DNA of 64,000 bases from Acidobacteriota bacterium (GTDB taxonomy: Bacteria; Acidobacteriota; UBA890; WLXD01). Position numbers and translations under genes: made by a program. The stretch covers positions 352,001-416,000 of the forward strand of contig CAXWPL010000004.1 in NCBI GenBank assembly GCA_963666215.2. The letters run 5' to 3'. Every line of letters begins with the position of its first letter. Positions within the stretch are counted from its first letter, which is position 1. The notes under the pieces were generated by a model, which worked only from the letters and a program-made list of their open reading frames with translations, had not been told where the DNA came from and made no database searches. Below, piece after piece: positions 1 to 9,853 of this stretch.

Positions 1-25
1 CCAGCCCGCGCAACGCCTGAGCCAG

Positions 26-1414
26 TTGGTCGCCGAGCTCGAGAGCGCGGCGACGGCCGTTCTTCAGGTGGTGTCCATGATCGCCTTGCTGGCGACGATC
101 GAGCCGTTCAGTCTGGCTCTGGCGCCGTTCGTCATCCCGTTCATCTACGTCCAATGGAGCCAGGCGAGAAAGCGATTCTCGGAGGAGTACGGGCGGGCGA
201 AACAGCGGCGCTGGGCGGGCTATTTTGCCGCGCAGCTGAACAACACGCGTAAGCTGGTCGAGGTCCGGTTGCTCGACCTTGCCCCCCACTTCATCGATCG
301 GTTCCGGAATATCACCGCGGGCTTTCTCCGCCGGAATCGAGAACTTCGATGGAGGGACTTTCGAGCCACGTCGCTGGCCACGGTGGGGATCGTCTCGGCG
401 GTCTACCTCTTGTTTGCGCGGGTCATCGCTGAGGCCGCCGCGGGGAGAATCAGTATCGGGGATCTGGCCGTCTTCGGCGCCGGGGGCATGGCGCTGCGCG
501 CTGCCGTCGACTCGGGCACGCGTGCGATCGCGAAGTGGCAGGAGAATGCCAGCCACGCTGCCGATCTCAGGACCTATCTCGAGCTTCGGCCACAGATCGG
601 AGCGACGGGGGACACCGAGGCCGGGCCCCTCCGACAAGGAATCGAGCTCCGGGAGGTCACCTTCAGCTATCCAGGTGGGAGTGGCGCTGTGCTGCGGAAT
701 CTCTCCCTGGAGATCCGACCCGGCGAGACGCTTGCCGTCGTCGGACCGAACGGCGCTGGCAAGTCGACACTCGTCAAGCTTCTCGCACGACTGTACGACC
801 CCGACGAAGGCACGATCCTCTTCGACGGGACCGATCTGTGTCGGATCAGCCCAGCCTCGCTGCACCGGCAGATGGGCGTCGTCCTCCAATCGGGAGAGCT
901 CTACGACGCGACGGTGGCTGACAACATCGGCTACGGCGATTGGCGGCGACTGCTCGGGACGAAGGACGAGGTGGCTGCGATCGCGGATCGCGTCGGATTG
1001 CGAGAGTGGATCGAGGGCATGCCGGACGGTCTCGATACACTCCTCGGGCGTCATTTCGGGAAGTACGATCTATCGATTGGACAGTGGCAGAAGATCGCCG
1101 TGGCCCGGGTATTGGCGCGCTCCGAGGCATCGTTCCTGATTCTCGACGAGCCGACGGCGAGCCTCGATGCCGAGGCGGAGCACCAGTTCTACCAACGCTT
1201 CAAGGAGCTCGCGGACGGAAGAACAACCCTGCTGATCTCGCACCGATTCTCGACGGTCAGCATCGCCGACCGCATCGTGGTGCTGGACCAGGGCCGGATC
1301 GCCGAGTCCGGGACCCACGATCAGCTCATCGAGGAGGAAGGCATCTACGCAAAGCTATTCGCGCTCCACGTCCGTCAACTCCCCGAGTTCGATGCGCTGC
1401 GGCCGCGAGCGTGA
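26..1414 (+). CDS. ABC exporter, fused permease/ATP-binding protein (5' part probably outside the window)
   Basis: TM segments, Walker A GPNGAGKST, signature LSIGQWQK, Walker B LILDEPT, SHR switch. Confidence 0.92.
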   Translation: MVAELESAATAVLQVVSMIALLATIEPFSLALAPFVIPFIYVQWSQARKRFSEEYGRAKQRRWAGYFAAQLNNTRKLVEVRLLDLAPHFIDRFRNITAGFLRRNRELRWRDFRATSLATVGIVSAVYLLFARVIAEAAAGRISIGDLAVFGAGGMALRAAVDSGTRAIAKWQENASHAADLRTYLELRPQIGATGDTEAGPLRQGIELREVTFSYPGGSGAVLRNLSLEIRPGETLAVVGPNGAGKSTLVKLLARLYDPDEGTILFDGTDLCRISPASLHRQMGVVLQSGELYDATVADNIGYGDWRRLLGTKDEVAAIADRVGLREWIEGMPDGLDTLLGRHFGKYDLSIGQWQKIAVARVLARSEASFLILDEPTASLDAEAEHQFYQRFKELADGRTTLLISHRFSTVSIADRIVVLDQGRIAESGTHDQLIEEEGIYAKLFALHVRQLPEFDALRPRA

Positions 1415-1425
1415 GGCTTGTGAGT

Positions 1426-2286
1426 ATGCTGGAGCGCGTTCGGGGCCGGATCAGCGCCGGTGCCACGCGGCGCGGGCGCCGGCTGCTCGAGGGCGCGATG
1501 CGTGTCGGCTGGCGAGCCACCGTCCGCTATGGGCCGCGCTGCCGCCTGCGCGATGCGCCATCGCTGACCTGCATCCTCCTGAGCTACCGACGGCCGGAGA
1601 ATATGGCCGACCTGGTTCGCGGGCTTCTGCGGTGCGAGTTCGTCGACCGCGTGATCGTGTCGAACAGCAACCCCGAGACGGAGATCGGTCGCTGGACTCC
1701 GTTCAGCGACCCCCGGCTCCAGGTCACGGACGCGGGGCGGCACACGCCGGCGGGATTCCGCTTCGAGCTCGCTCGCGAGGCCGAGGCCGCCCACTATCTC
1801 TGCATCGACGACGATGTCTTTCTCCGTCCGAAGCAGATTAGAGACCTCTATGCGCACTACCTGGAGGATCCGAGCGTTCCGCACGGCGTCTGGGGTCACG
1901 ACTTTTCCGAAGCCGAGGGCGGACTGAAACGACGCCGGGTGGAAGCGTCGGTGGACGTTCTCCAGCAGGTCTATCTGCTGTCACGGCAGCACGTGACGGA
2001 CTACTTCCGGTTACTCGGGGAACTGGGCTTCCGAAGCACCGAGGAACTGCGTTTCGGCGACGATATCCTTCTGGGTCACTGCAGTGAGGGACGGCCACGT
2101 TGCCACGACGTGGGGCTCTACGCCGTGTGTCCGACGACCCACGCGCCTGGTCGCGCCACCTGGAAACAGTCGGGCTTCGAGGACTTCCGAATCGATTTGC
2201 TGTCGAAGGTTCGCGAACTTCGCCCCCGCGGCGCCTCAGCCGATCGCGAGGCCACGCGGCGGGACGGACCCGATCGGGCGCATTGA
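1426..2286 (+). CDS. GT-A fold glycosyltransferase, GT2/GT64 (EXTL2)-like
   Basis: C-terminal part of ORF 940..2286; start ATG 1426 or GTG 1411 overlapping the ABC stop; ILLSYRR, VIVSNSN, RF...YLCIDDD (DxD) and GDDI motifs. Confidence 0.72.
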   Translation: MLERVRGRISAGATRRGRRLLEGAMRVGWRATVRYGPRCRLRDAPSLTCILLSYRRPENMADLVRGLLRCEFVDRVIVSNSNPETEIGRWTPFSDPRLQVTDAGRHTPAGFRFELAREAEAAHYLCIDDDVFLRPKQIRDLYAHYLEDPSVPHGVWGHDFSEAEGGLKRRRVEASVDVLQQVYLLSRQHVTDYFRLLGELGFRSTEELRFGDDILLGHCSEGRPRCHDVGLYAVCPTTHAPGRATWKQSGFEDFRIDLLSKVRELRPRGASADREATRRDGPDRAH

Positions 2287-2292
2287 CGGAAG

Positions 2293-3330
2293 ATGAGAGT
2301 CACTCAGCTCATGTTGGCAAGGGGATTCGGCGGCGCCCAGCGCTCTTTCGTCGATACCGCATTGGCGCTCGCTGAGCGGGGGCACCAGGTCCAGGCCATA
2401 TGCCACCAGGATTTCGTCCAGCAGCAGTCGCTCGAAGGCGTCCCGAACCTCCGGTTGCATCCGGTGAGGGTCGGAGTCGGGCGGGCCGTCGGCACCGCCG
2501 TTCGGATTGCGATACTGCTCAGACGCTTCAAAGCAGACATTGTCCACACTAGTCTGACGAAGGCGGCCTTGCATGGCGGGCGCGCGGGTAGACTCGCTCG
2601 CGTACCGCTGGTTGCCAAGCTGCATAACTACGTCAAGCTGGGCGAGTATGGCCGGGTGCATACGTTGATTGCCCCCACGGAGGATCAACGTGGCCACGTA
2701 CTGGCTCAGGGCTGGCCGGCAGACCGAGTGACCGTTGTTCCCTATTTCTCGCGCGTCCGACCTGTTGATTCAGCGCGTTTGCCGGGAACCCGACCAACCC
2801 GATTGCTCGCCTACGGACGCCATGTGCACAAGAAGGGCTTTGATGTGCTCCTGAGAGCCTTCAAGCGCTTGCTGGACGGCGGAGTGGATTGCGAACTGGC
2901 CGTGGGCGGCCATGGCCCGGAAAGCCCGAGATTGCGGGATCTGGCGAACGATCTGGGAATCGCCGGCCAGGTCAGACTGGGCCCCTGGATCGACGACGTG
3001 CGTACGGCGCTGGATGAGGCGGATGTTTTCGTGCTGCCGTCGCGCAGGGAGCCGTTCGGCATCGTGATGCTAGAGGCGATGGCGCGTGGTTTGCCGATCG
3101 TCACCACTCGAACACAGGGTCCGGTCCAGGTCTTGACCGATGACCTGGCCACGTTCGTGGACATCGATTCGGTAGATGCGCTATCAGCCGGCCTGCGGGA
3201 AGCGGCTGAGAATCCTGCCACCGCGCACAAGAAGGCCGCCGCAGCCCTGGAGTTGTATCGCACGACCTACCACGCAGATGTTGTGCTTCCCCGACTCGAG
3301 GGGCTGTATGACGCGATCGTTTCCCCCTAG
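2293..3330 (+). CDS. GT4 family glycosyltransferase
   Basis: GGAQR N-terminus, GRHVHKKGFD, FVLPSRREPFGIVMLEAMARG. Confidence 0.92.
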   Translation: MRVTQLMLARGFGGAQRSFVDTALALAERGHQVQAICHQDFVQQQSLEGVPNLRLHPVRVGVGRAVGTAVRIAILLRRFKADIVHTSLTKAALHGGRAGRLARVPLVAKLHNYVKLGEYGRVHTLIAPTEDQRGHVLAQGWPADRVTVVPYFSRVRPVDSARLPGTRPTRLLAYGRHVHKKGFDVLLRAFKRLLDGGVDCELAVGGHGPESPRLRDLANDLGIAGQVRLGPWIDDVRTALDEADVFVLPSRREPFGIVMLEAMARGLPIVTTRTQGPVQVLTDDLATFVDIDSVDALSAGLREAAENPATAHKKAAAALELYRTTYHADVVLPRLEGLYDAIVSP

Positions 3331-3344
3331 GGTGCTCGTCGTCG

Positions 3345-4220
3345 TCAGGCTCCGGCAGGTCGTTGATGTGCCGACCGGTCGACCTGGCGCTTGGGTGGCG
3401 GGCGCCGGTAAGCCAACTGACCCGCGAAATCAACTCCGATCCGTGGGTGGAATTGAGGTTGAAGGTAGCGGAGCACGCGCTGGTCGCTGCTGCGACCGTA
3501 GGGGAAGCGCGCTTCTCCAATGACCTCGCCGCCTGCTCCCGCTGACGTCACGCGGAAAGGCGGCATCCCTCGCGGCACCGCAAGGCAGGCCCGAGCCGCC
3601 TCCAAGAGCTCCACCACGGCCTCCCATCGTCCGATGAAGACGCCGGCACACAGGTATCGGGAGGGGCCGGTCCCGGGCGGACATGACGCATCCGCCCAGT
3701 CGTGCACTTCCGGCGTGTGGCCCCGGGGGTCACGGTACGTCGTATCGGAAAAGAGCACGTCATGACCGCTCCGTTCCAGGATCTCGATGGCCCTGCCCAG
3801 ATCGTCTCGGAGCACGCAATCGTCGGAGTCGGCATAGAGGATGTAGGGGGTCGGTCTTGAGTGGTTGCGGAGCGCTTCCAGGCCCAGCTCGACCTTCAGG
3901 GCGTTGAGCCAACGAGTTCCCGCGGCCGGGCGCGCGACAAGAAAATCCTCGATCCCGAGGTAGCGGAGACTTCGTTCCATGACGGTCTCCTCGGGCCGAT
4001 CGTGCACCAGCAGGACAGTGAGCCGATCGGGCAGCCGGAACCTTCCCTTGCGGGGCCCGCAGTGAAGTCTGATCGCCAGCCAATCGGGCAGGTCGCGCAC
4101 CAGTTCCCCGGAGTGAACCAGAACGGTCGAGCCGGACCTGCCCAACCGATGAGCCGTCAGCAGAGCACCCAGCAATCTCCTGGTCCGCCCCAATGTGCGC
4201 GGGAAGCTCGGGAGTCTCAT
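3345..4220 (-). CDS. PLOD (procollagen lysyl hydroxylase GT-domain)-like glycosyltransferase
   Basis: ATG 4220 overlaps the upstream TGA (ATGA); YILYADSDDCV, VLFS, YLCAGVFIG and SDQ match the FTDxYD / YLNSGxFIG / DDQ pattern. Confidence 0.65.
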   Translation of the reverse strand: MRLPSFPRTLGRTRRLLGALLTAHRLGRSGSTVLVHSGELVRDLPDWLAIRLHCGPRKGRFRLPDRLTVLLVHDRPEETVMERSLRYLGIEDFLVARPAAGTRWLNALKVELGLEALRNHSRPTPYILYADSDDCVLRDDLGRAIEILERSGHDVLFSDTTYRDPRGHTPEVHDWADASCPPGTGPSRYLCAGVFIGRWEAVVELLEAARACLAVPRGMPPFRVTSAGAGGEVIGEARFPYGRSSDQRVLRYLQPQFHPRIGVDFAGQLAYRRPPPKRQVDRSAHQRPAGA

Positions 4221-5351
4221 GGGTGACCCATTGCGACGCCGCGCCGGATGAGTGCTGCCACTTGAGCCGCGACCACCTGCGGATCGCGGGCCGCCTGGAC
4301 CGCCTCGTACGCGTGTTGTCGCATGTCCCTGAAGTGTTCCCACCGGTTCACGACGTCGGCGACGAGATCGGGGACATCGGCGAAGTCGCGGCGACACGCC
4401 AGGTAGGTCTCTCCCTTCCGATAGACCAAGGGATCGGTGAGGGCGTGGCCCATGTCCGGCTTGATCATCACGCAGCCCGCAAGGATCGCTTCAAAGTCGC
4501 GGATACAGACCTCACCGAACCCCCAGGGCGAGATGGCGACCTTGGATTCGGCAAGCACGCGGTAGAACTGCTTCTTGGGATAGCCGGGGCCACCATCGGC
4601 TTTGGTGAGCTTGACGTGAACCTCGAATCGGCCGCTCCGTCCGAGTTCGTCGAGCATCGCGGCGGCGCGGAGGCGGTGGCGCGCGATTTCCGGAACGTCG
4701 TGCGTGGCCTTGCCCACGAACGAAACGTCGATCGCGCGCGGAGCTTTCGGCTTCCACCGCCGCCGAGCGATCCGCTTCAATCGCGGGTAGGTGGCCAGCG
4801 TGAAGCCTGTCAGAAGCTTCCTCAGATCCTGTGGGGCGAGGGCCGGGTTTCGGGATGGCCCGGGACCGTTTTCCTCGTCCGCTCGTAGAAGGTGCACGTG
4901 ATACCGATAGCCGTCGTCCGGTCCGACGAGGTTGTTGACGCCAGGGTCGACGAGGTTGGTGTTGCGGGCGACTGCCGTGATCCGATCGTCCGCGAGCATC
5001 TCGGCTGTCCGTTCATCGACGGAGGCCGAGGCGCCGCGGGCGAGAGCGATGACCGGGCGCCCGCCGTCGAACAACGCGGCCGACCATCCGTCTGCCGGGT
5101 CCCTTGGGGTCGTCTCGGCGGCACGGTGGTCGTACCCGAGTCGAGTTGTCAGGTTCGTCAGAATGAAATCGTCGACATCCTTCACGGCCCGGACACGGTC
5201 TCCACCGGCCGCAACCGCCTGGGTACAGAAGATGGATCCCGTGTCGGTGGAGCCTCCGACGTACACCGAGCACTGTGGGCGCCTGGGACAGATTCGTGGG
5301 CGTGGACTCGTGCAGGAAAACGCCGCGCAGTCGCTGCACCGCCTCGGTCAT
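4217..5351 (-). CDS. GT-B glycosyltransferase, exostosin(GT47)/Glyco_trans_1_2-like; probable frameshift near 5220
   Basis: DVSFVG and FYRVLAESKVAISPWGFGEVCIRDFEAILAGCVMIKP; the natural start ATG 5351 (ATGA overlap, MTEAVQRLRGVF) is in a different frame from ORF 4217..5266. Confidence 0.68.
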
Positions 5352-7741
5352 CCAGCCGCCTGACTCAGAAACGCTCGGATCTCGCGGCCGACGTGCCTCA
5401 CGGAGGTCCGGGCCCGAACCGACTTCATGATCTCGAGACCTTCGAACCACTCGGCGGAGCCGAACGACTCGCGCATGCGTTCGATCATGTCGAGCACGCT
5501 CTCGAGGGAGTCGTCTTCCAGGAGGTAGGGGTAGTCCGTCGTCAGGTAGTACACGGCATCACCTTCGAGCCGATTCACGAGGATGTTGGCGCCGCAGTGC
5601 GCCGCCGTGAATCCCTTGAGGAAAGGCTTGAAGCAGTCCTGCGGCCTCCGTCTCCGGACCGCGTAATGGACGTTGGCGTGTCGCAATCGGTCGAACCACA
5701 CCGCGCGCTCGGCTTTGCCGTCGATGTGGCAGAAATCGATGTGCTCCATCAGTCGCGAGCCGTAGCGGGCGTTGCCGAACAGCCCGAAGTATCCGAGGCT
5801 GAGATACTCGGCCTGTGCGCGGATTCCGGCGATCCGCGGATCGACGTGATGGGTGATCAATGCCGTCTCGCGCCCCTCCCGTGCCAGCGCCTCGTACTGT
5901 CGCAGGGAGGAGGCTATGAACAGGTCGGCGAGTTCCGCGATCTCGCCCTTGGCCCGGATGTCGACGCAGTCAGCCGCGACCACGTTCCCGTGGCTTCGAA
6001 GACGCTCGATCGCTGCCCGGGAACCATGCACGCACAACCCCTTGCTCAGGACGACGATGGAATCCTTGATCTCGTCGGTCTGCTGTTCGTCGACGACGCG
6101 GACTGTCCACGGATCCGGCACGGCGCGCTGCGCGAGTTCGCTGAGTTGACGCACTCGCATGAGGGTCGACCCGAAGTCGTGCTGCCTGGAGTGATAAACG
6201 AACACCAGGTTCGTGATCGAGGCCCGCGCCGTGGATACGAGCGCCGGCTCGGTAGGCGCCACCGCCGGGTCGCGAGGGATCAAGACGAACTGCTCGTTGT
6301 CGCGTGACGTCCCCAACCTCCGCGGCAGTACTCGCGGCCGATACTCAGCGTGGTGAACGACGTAGGGGAGGGCAAGCTGGTCGCGGTTCGGGAACTCGAG
6401 AAGAGTCCTCCACCATTGCCGGCAGAACGCCGCGACATCCTCGTCTCGATGCGAGCGAGCGAGTGACGAGGCCTCGACCAGTCCATCGCGAGCCGGAAAC
6501 GACTCCTCGCGCAGCCGGCGATACAGATCGATGACCGGACCGGGTTCGTGCCGACAACTGACGAGGACCGCTTCGCATTCGGAGTAGAGGTCGTTTCGTT
6601 CCGGATGCGCCCAGGTGAGGAAGGGCGAGCCCTCGAGCCAACGCTGGAAGAACAGCACCGGGTCTCCGAGCAAGAGGGCGTTCGCATCCACATAGAGCGA
6701 CGCATCGTAGCCCTCGAGTTCGTCGAAGGGCAGGATCTTCAGGCGACGATTGTCGAGCCGCGGATCTCCCATTCCCGGATCGCTGAGAATCACCTTCCAA
6801 CCGCTCACCTCCCTTGGACGATCCGAGAAGCACAGGAAGTCGACACCCTCGGGGACGAAGGCGGGCGGTCGAAGGCGGTCGTAGTCGCCGAACAACGCGG
6901 TATACACGCATACGGGCCGGTCGAGGGCGCCGTAGGCCCCGAGCTCTCTCGGTTCGGCGACGGGGAATGACTCTTGCGAGGAGGTGCGATTGCGGAGCGG
7001 AATGGGGCCCGAGTCGACGTCGAACTCGCCGGCGAGCGCCTTGGACCAGTAGCCCTCCCAGACCTCTTCGGCCACCGGCCAGCCTCCGGCTCGAAGGTGC
7101 CGGATCCCTTCGAGGGCCAGGCGGCAGCGTTCCTGAAGCCAGGGAGTGACGCCGCCGCTGTGCTCCAGGAACGCATCGGGCTGCTCGTCCTCGAGCATCC
7201 GGAAGAGAGTGCCAGCCACTCGGCGGGAGACGTTGTAGCGTGCCCGATCCGAACGGGAGATCCGCCGCCAGGCCGCGGTCGCGCGAGCCCAGTCGCGCTG
7301 CAGGGCCGCGGTTTCGCCGGCTTCGATAGCCAGGCCGGCGTATCGCGGGAAGTGCGCGAGTCCGGCGGAGCAAACTTCTTTGGCCTCGGCGCTGTCGCCA
7401 AGTTCAAGATGCGCCTTCGCGAGTCCAGCGAACGCTGATCCGGATGCCGTATCGGGAAACTGCTTCAGGACGGTGCGCCACAGAGTCATAGCCCCTGGCC
7501 AGTCGCGTGCGCGGTGCGCCTCTTTTGCGGCACTCTCCAGGAACTCGCGAGACCGCTCGAAGTCGGGGTGGACCCGGTGCACGAGCTTCCGTCGGAGGCT
7601 GAGCGGAAGTCGGGGCCAGACCTGTTGGAACAGCCATCCGCGACGCCGGAGGCGGCGAACGAAGGCTCGCTGATCCGCTTCTTCTCGCGAGGGGATGACG
7701 TCCCTGGGTCTGCGAGTACGAGGCTGCGATTTCGATGCCAT
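5348..7741 (-). CDS. TPR + DUF616 (TOD1/MUCI70-like) glycosyltransferase with a C-terminal GT-like domain
   Basis: Helical TPR-like N-terminus; VYTALFGDYD, FLCFSD, KILP, SLYVDAN, HPER, RDQLALPY. Confidence 0.78.
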   Translation of the reverse strand: MASKSQPRTRRPRDVIPSREEADQRAFVRRLRRRGWLFQQVWPRLPLSLRRKLVHRVHPDFERSREFLESAAKEAHRARDWPGAMTLWRTVLKQFPDTASGSAFAGLAKAHLELGDSAEAKEVCSAGLAHFPRYAGLAIEAGETAALQRDWARATAAWRRISRSDRARYNVSRRVAGTLFRMLEDEQPDAFLEHSGGVTPWLQERCRLALEGIRHLRAGGWPVAEEVWEGYWSKALAGEFDVDSGPIPLRNRTSSQESFPVAEPRELGAYGALDRPVCVYTALFGDYDRLRPPAFVPEGVDFLCFSDRPREVSGWKVILSDPGMGDPRLDNRRLKILPFDELEGYDASLYVDANALLLGDPVLFFQRWLEGSPFLTWAHPERNDLYSECEAVLVSCRHEPGPVIDLYRRLREESFPARDGLVEASSLARSHRDEDVAAFCRQWWRTLLEFPNRDQLALPYVVHHAEYRPRVLPRRLGTSRDNEQFVLIPRDPAVAPTEPALVSTARASITNLVFVYHSRQHDFGSTLMRVRQLSELAQRAVPDPWTVRVVDEQQTDEIKDSIVVLSKGLCVHGSRAAIERLRSHGNVVAADCVDIRAKGEIAELADLFIASSLRQYEALAREGRETALITHHVDPRIAGIRAQAEYLSLGYFGLFGNARYGSRLMEHIDFCHIDGKAERAVWFDRLRHANVHYAVRRRRPQDCFKPFLKGFTAAHCGANILVNRLEGDAVYYLTTDYPYLLEDDSLESVLDMIERMRESFGSAEWFEGLEIMKSVRARTSVRHVGREIRAFLSQAAG

Positions 7742-8309
7742 GGCTTGGGTCAAAGCCCCGACGGGTAATGCGCTCGTAGTTTGCCTGACGAACCCCAAGG
7801 ACGGTCGAGGAGATCCTCCCAGCGTGCCAGCACCGTCGACAGATCGTGCTGCGAGGCCCGCTGTCGCGCCTCGGCCCCGAGCTGCCCACGGAGATGAGGG
7901 GAGCGCGCGAGTCGCTCGATGGCGCCGGCCAGGCCCTCGGCGTCGCCGGCGCGGAAGACCAAGCCGGTGATCTCATCTGTCACCAATTCCAGTGGCCCGG
8001 GCGAAGCGTCGCTGACATCGCGGGAAGGCCGCAGCTCATCGCCTCGAGCAGAGCATTGGGCGACCCCTCGTGGATCGACGGAAGAACGAGGATGTCGGCC
8101 GTTTCGTAATGACGGTAGACGTCGTCCACCTGTCCGTGCCAATCCACGCGCTCGGCGACGCCGACGCTCCGGGCATATCGCCGAAGATCGCCTTCGAGCT
8201 CGCCCTGCCCGACGACCGATAGGCGCCAGTGAACGAGATCGCCCGGCAGGGCCGCGAGCGCTCTGAGAAGGAGGGCGTGGTCCTTCTGGGGATGCAGGCG
8301 CCCGACGAT

Positions 8310-8786
8310 CAACATCCTGGGGCCGGGTAGGTCGCTGCTGTCGCGTCAGTTTGAAATCTGACGCACTACCGCCTGTTGTCAGCACCGAGCTGAGATAGAA
8401 GGTGGTACGAACCGCGGGGCAGGTCAGCGCATTGTGGCGAGGCGTTGGAATGTCGCGCGGGCGCGATCTTCCAGGCCCGCCGGCACGGCCACGGCCGCTC
8501 GACTCTCTCCAATCGCATCCACGGTGACCTCGAAGTTGGCCGACCGGCTGTGGGGCCAACCGCCAGAGCGTAGAAGTCGAACAGCGCGTTGAAGTCGCAT
8601 CGGATGATTCGGTCGCGGGTCGAGTGGCCAACGCTGACGCACCAGGTCACGTCCTCGAGCTCTGTGCCGATGACGATCAAGAGCGGAAGCTTTCCTTGCT
8701 TCACCTGGACGGTGATCTGTGTCGGGCCTTCCCCGAGCCACGTCACGATGAACAACATCCTGGGGCCGGGTAGGTCGCTGCTGTCG
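8310..8786. repeat. 34-bp perfect direct repeat (8310-8343, 8753-8786) flanking a composite insert
   Basis: CAACATCCTGGGGCCGGGTAGGTCGCTGCTGTCG read at both positions. Confidence 0.93.
8381..8426 (+). mobile_element. IS3-family-like terminal sequence remnant
   Basis: AGCACCGAG...GTGGTACGAACCGCGGGGCAGGTCA resembles the reverse complement of 15236-15285, next to the IS3 transposase tail. Confidence 0.65.
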
Positions 8787-9853
8787 GCGGTCGACTTGGC
8801 TGGTGGCTTGACAGGGCTTGACAGGGTTGGGCACGCAGGCGAGGCGCTCCGGAGCCACGTAGTCCTTCATCGCTTCAATCGCACCGAGGGTATTGGCCGT
8901 CACGACGTCGGCGTCGCCGTAGAACCCGCGTCGCAGCGGGTTCCAGGGGAAACGCAGCACCTGGCGTGCCGGATCGTTGCGCTCGGAGATGACAAGATGA
9001 TTCGGCAGTTTCTCACAAGCCAGGATTGAGGCCACATTGGCGGATCCGCAGAAGCTGATGACGTTGTGAGCGTTCGCGTGTTGGATTGCTTTGCGAAGCG
9101 CGCGAACTCGAAGGTAGGTGGGCAAGTGGAGTTTCCACACCCCCCGCGACCAGCGACGGCGGAAGACGGCATGCTGGAACTGAGCCAAGCCTTTGCCGAA
9201 ACGCTCGCGCAGCGACCTCGGCCCATCGGCGACCGCATGCGCTTCAACGCCTGCCCCAGACAACGGCGAGCGCCACAACGCGGCCGCCTTGACCCTCGGC
9301 GTCTCGATGGCCTCGCGTATCGCCATGAGCAGCCGCACCAACGGGTTCGTGCCTTCCCAGTCGGGTATCGAGATCAGACGCACGCTCGAATCCAGCGAGT
9401 AGAGAACCTCGTGCTGGTACAGCGCGATGACAGTGACTCTCAGCCCGCGCCTACTCCAGGCATTCGCAAGCATCGACACCACCCGCTGGACTCCTCCATC
9501 TCCGAGGTGGGGACAGATCAGAGTCAACGCCGGGCACGATGTCGTTGCGCTCTCGGCGGTGTTTTTCGAGTGGCCCAAGTCGGGTGCTTCTTCCAAGATC
9601 AGTCTCTCACCGTCGATGCCGGGTCGGTGCGGTCGACCCCTCCGGAAGGGAAATCAGTTTCGCGCGTTGCTCTTGCTGGCCGGGATGAGCGCCCGGAAGA
9701 GCCGATGAATGCTAGCCGGAACGTCGGGCCGAGAGAAGCGCTGCATCTGAACTCTGCGAGGAACTGGAACCATAGCCTGGCCGGAGCCTCTATGATCTCC
9801 TCCTATCGGCGCTCCTTCATGTCTCCCGAGCGTCCGCAGGCGGTCCGCAGGCA

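Larger units (their letters stand above)
7750..9596 (-). pseudogene. GT4 glycosyltransferase interrupted by a 443-bp insertion, a 10-bp duplication and a 1-bp deletion
   Basis: N-domain (GGVQR...VISERND...VPNPV) in 8424..9596, IVGRLHPQK...LPSIHEGSPNALLEAM in 7980..8315 and tail VSDASPGPLELV in a third frame; removing the lesions restores one frame. Confidence 0.85.

Noticed and set aside
4892-6307. 471-aa plus-strand ORF
   Set aside because: Antisense shadow of the glycosyltransferase genes
8310-8786. 34-bp repeats as a CRISPR array
   Set aside because: Only two copies, a 409-bp interval, the repeat is GT4 coding sequence, and no cas genes are present
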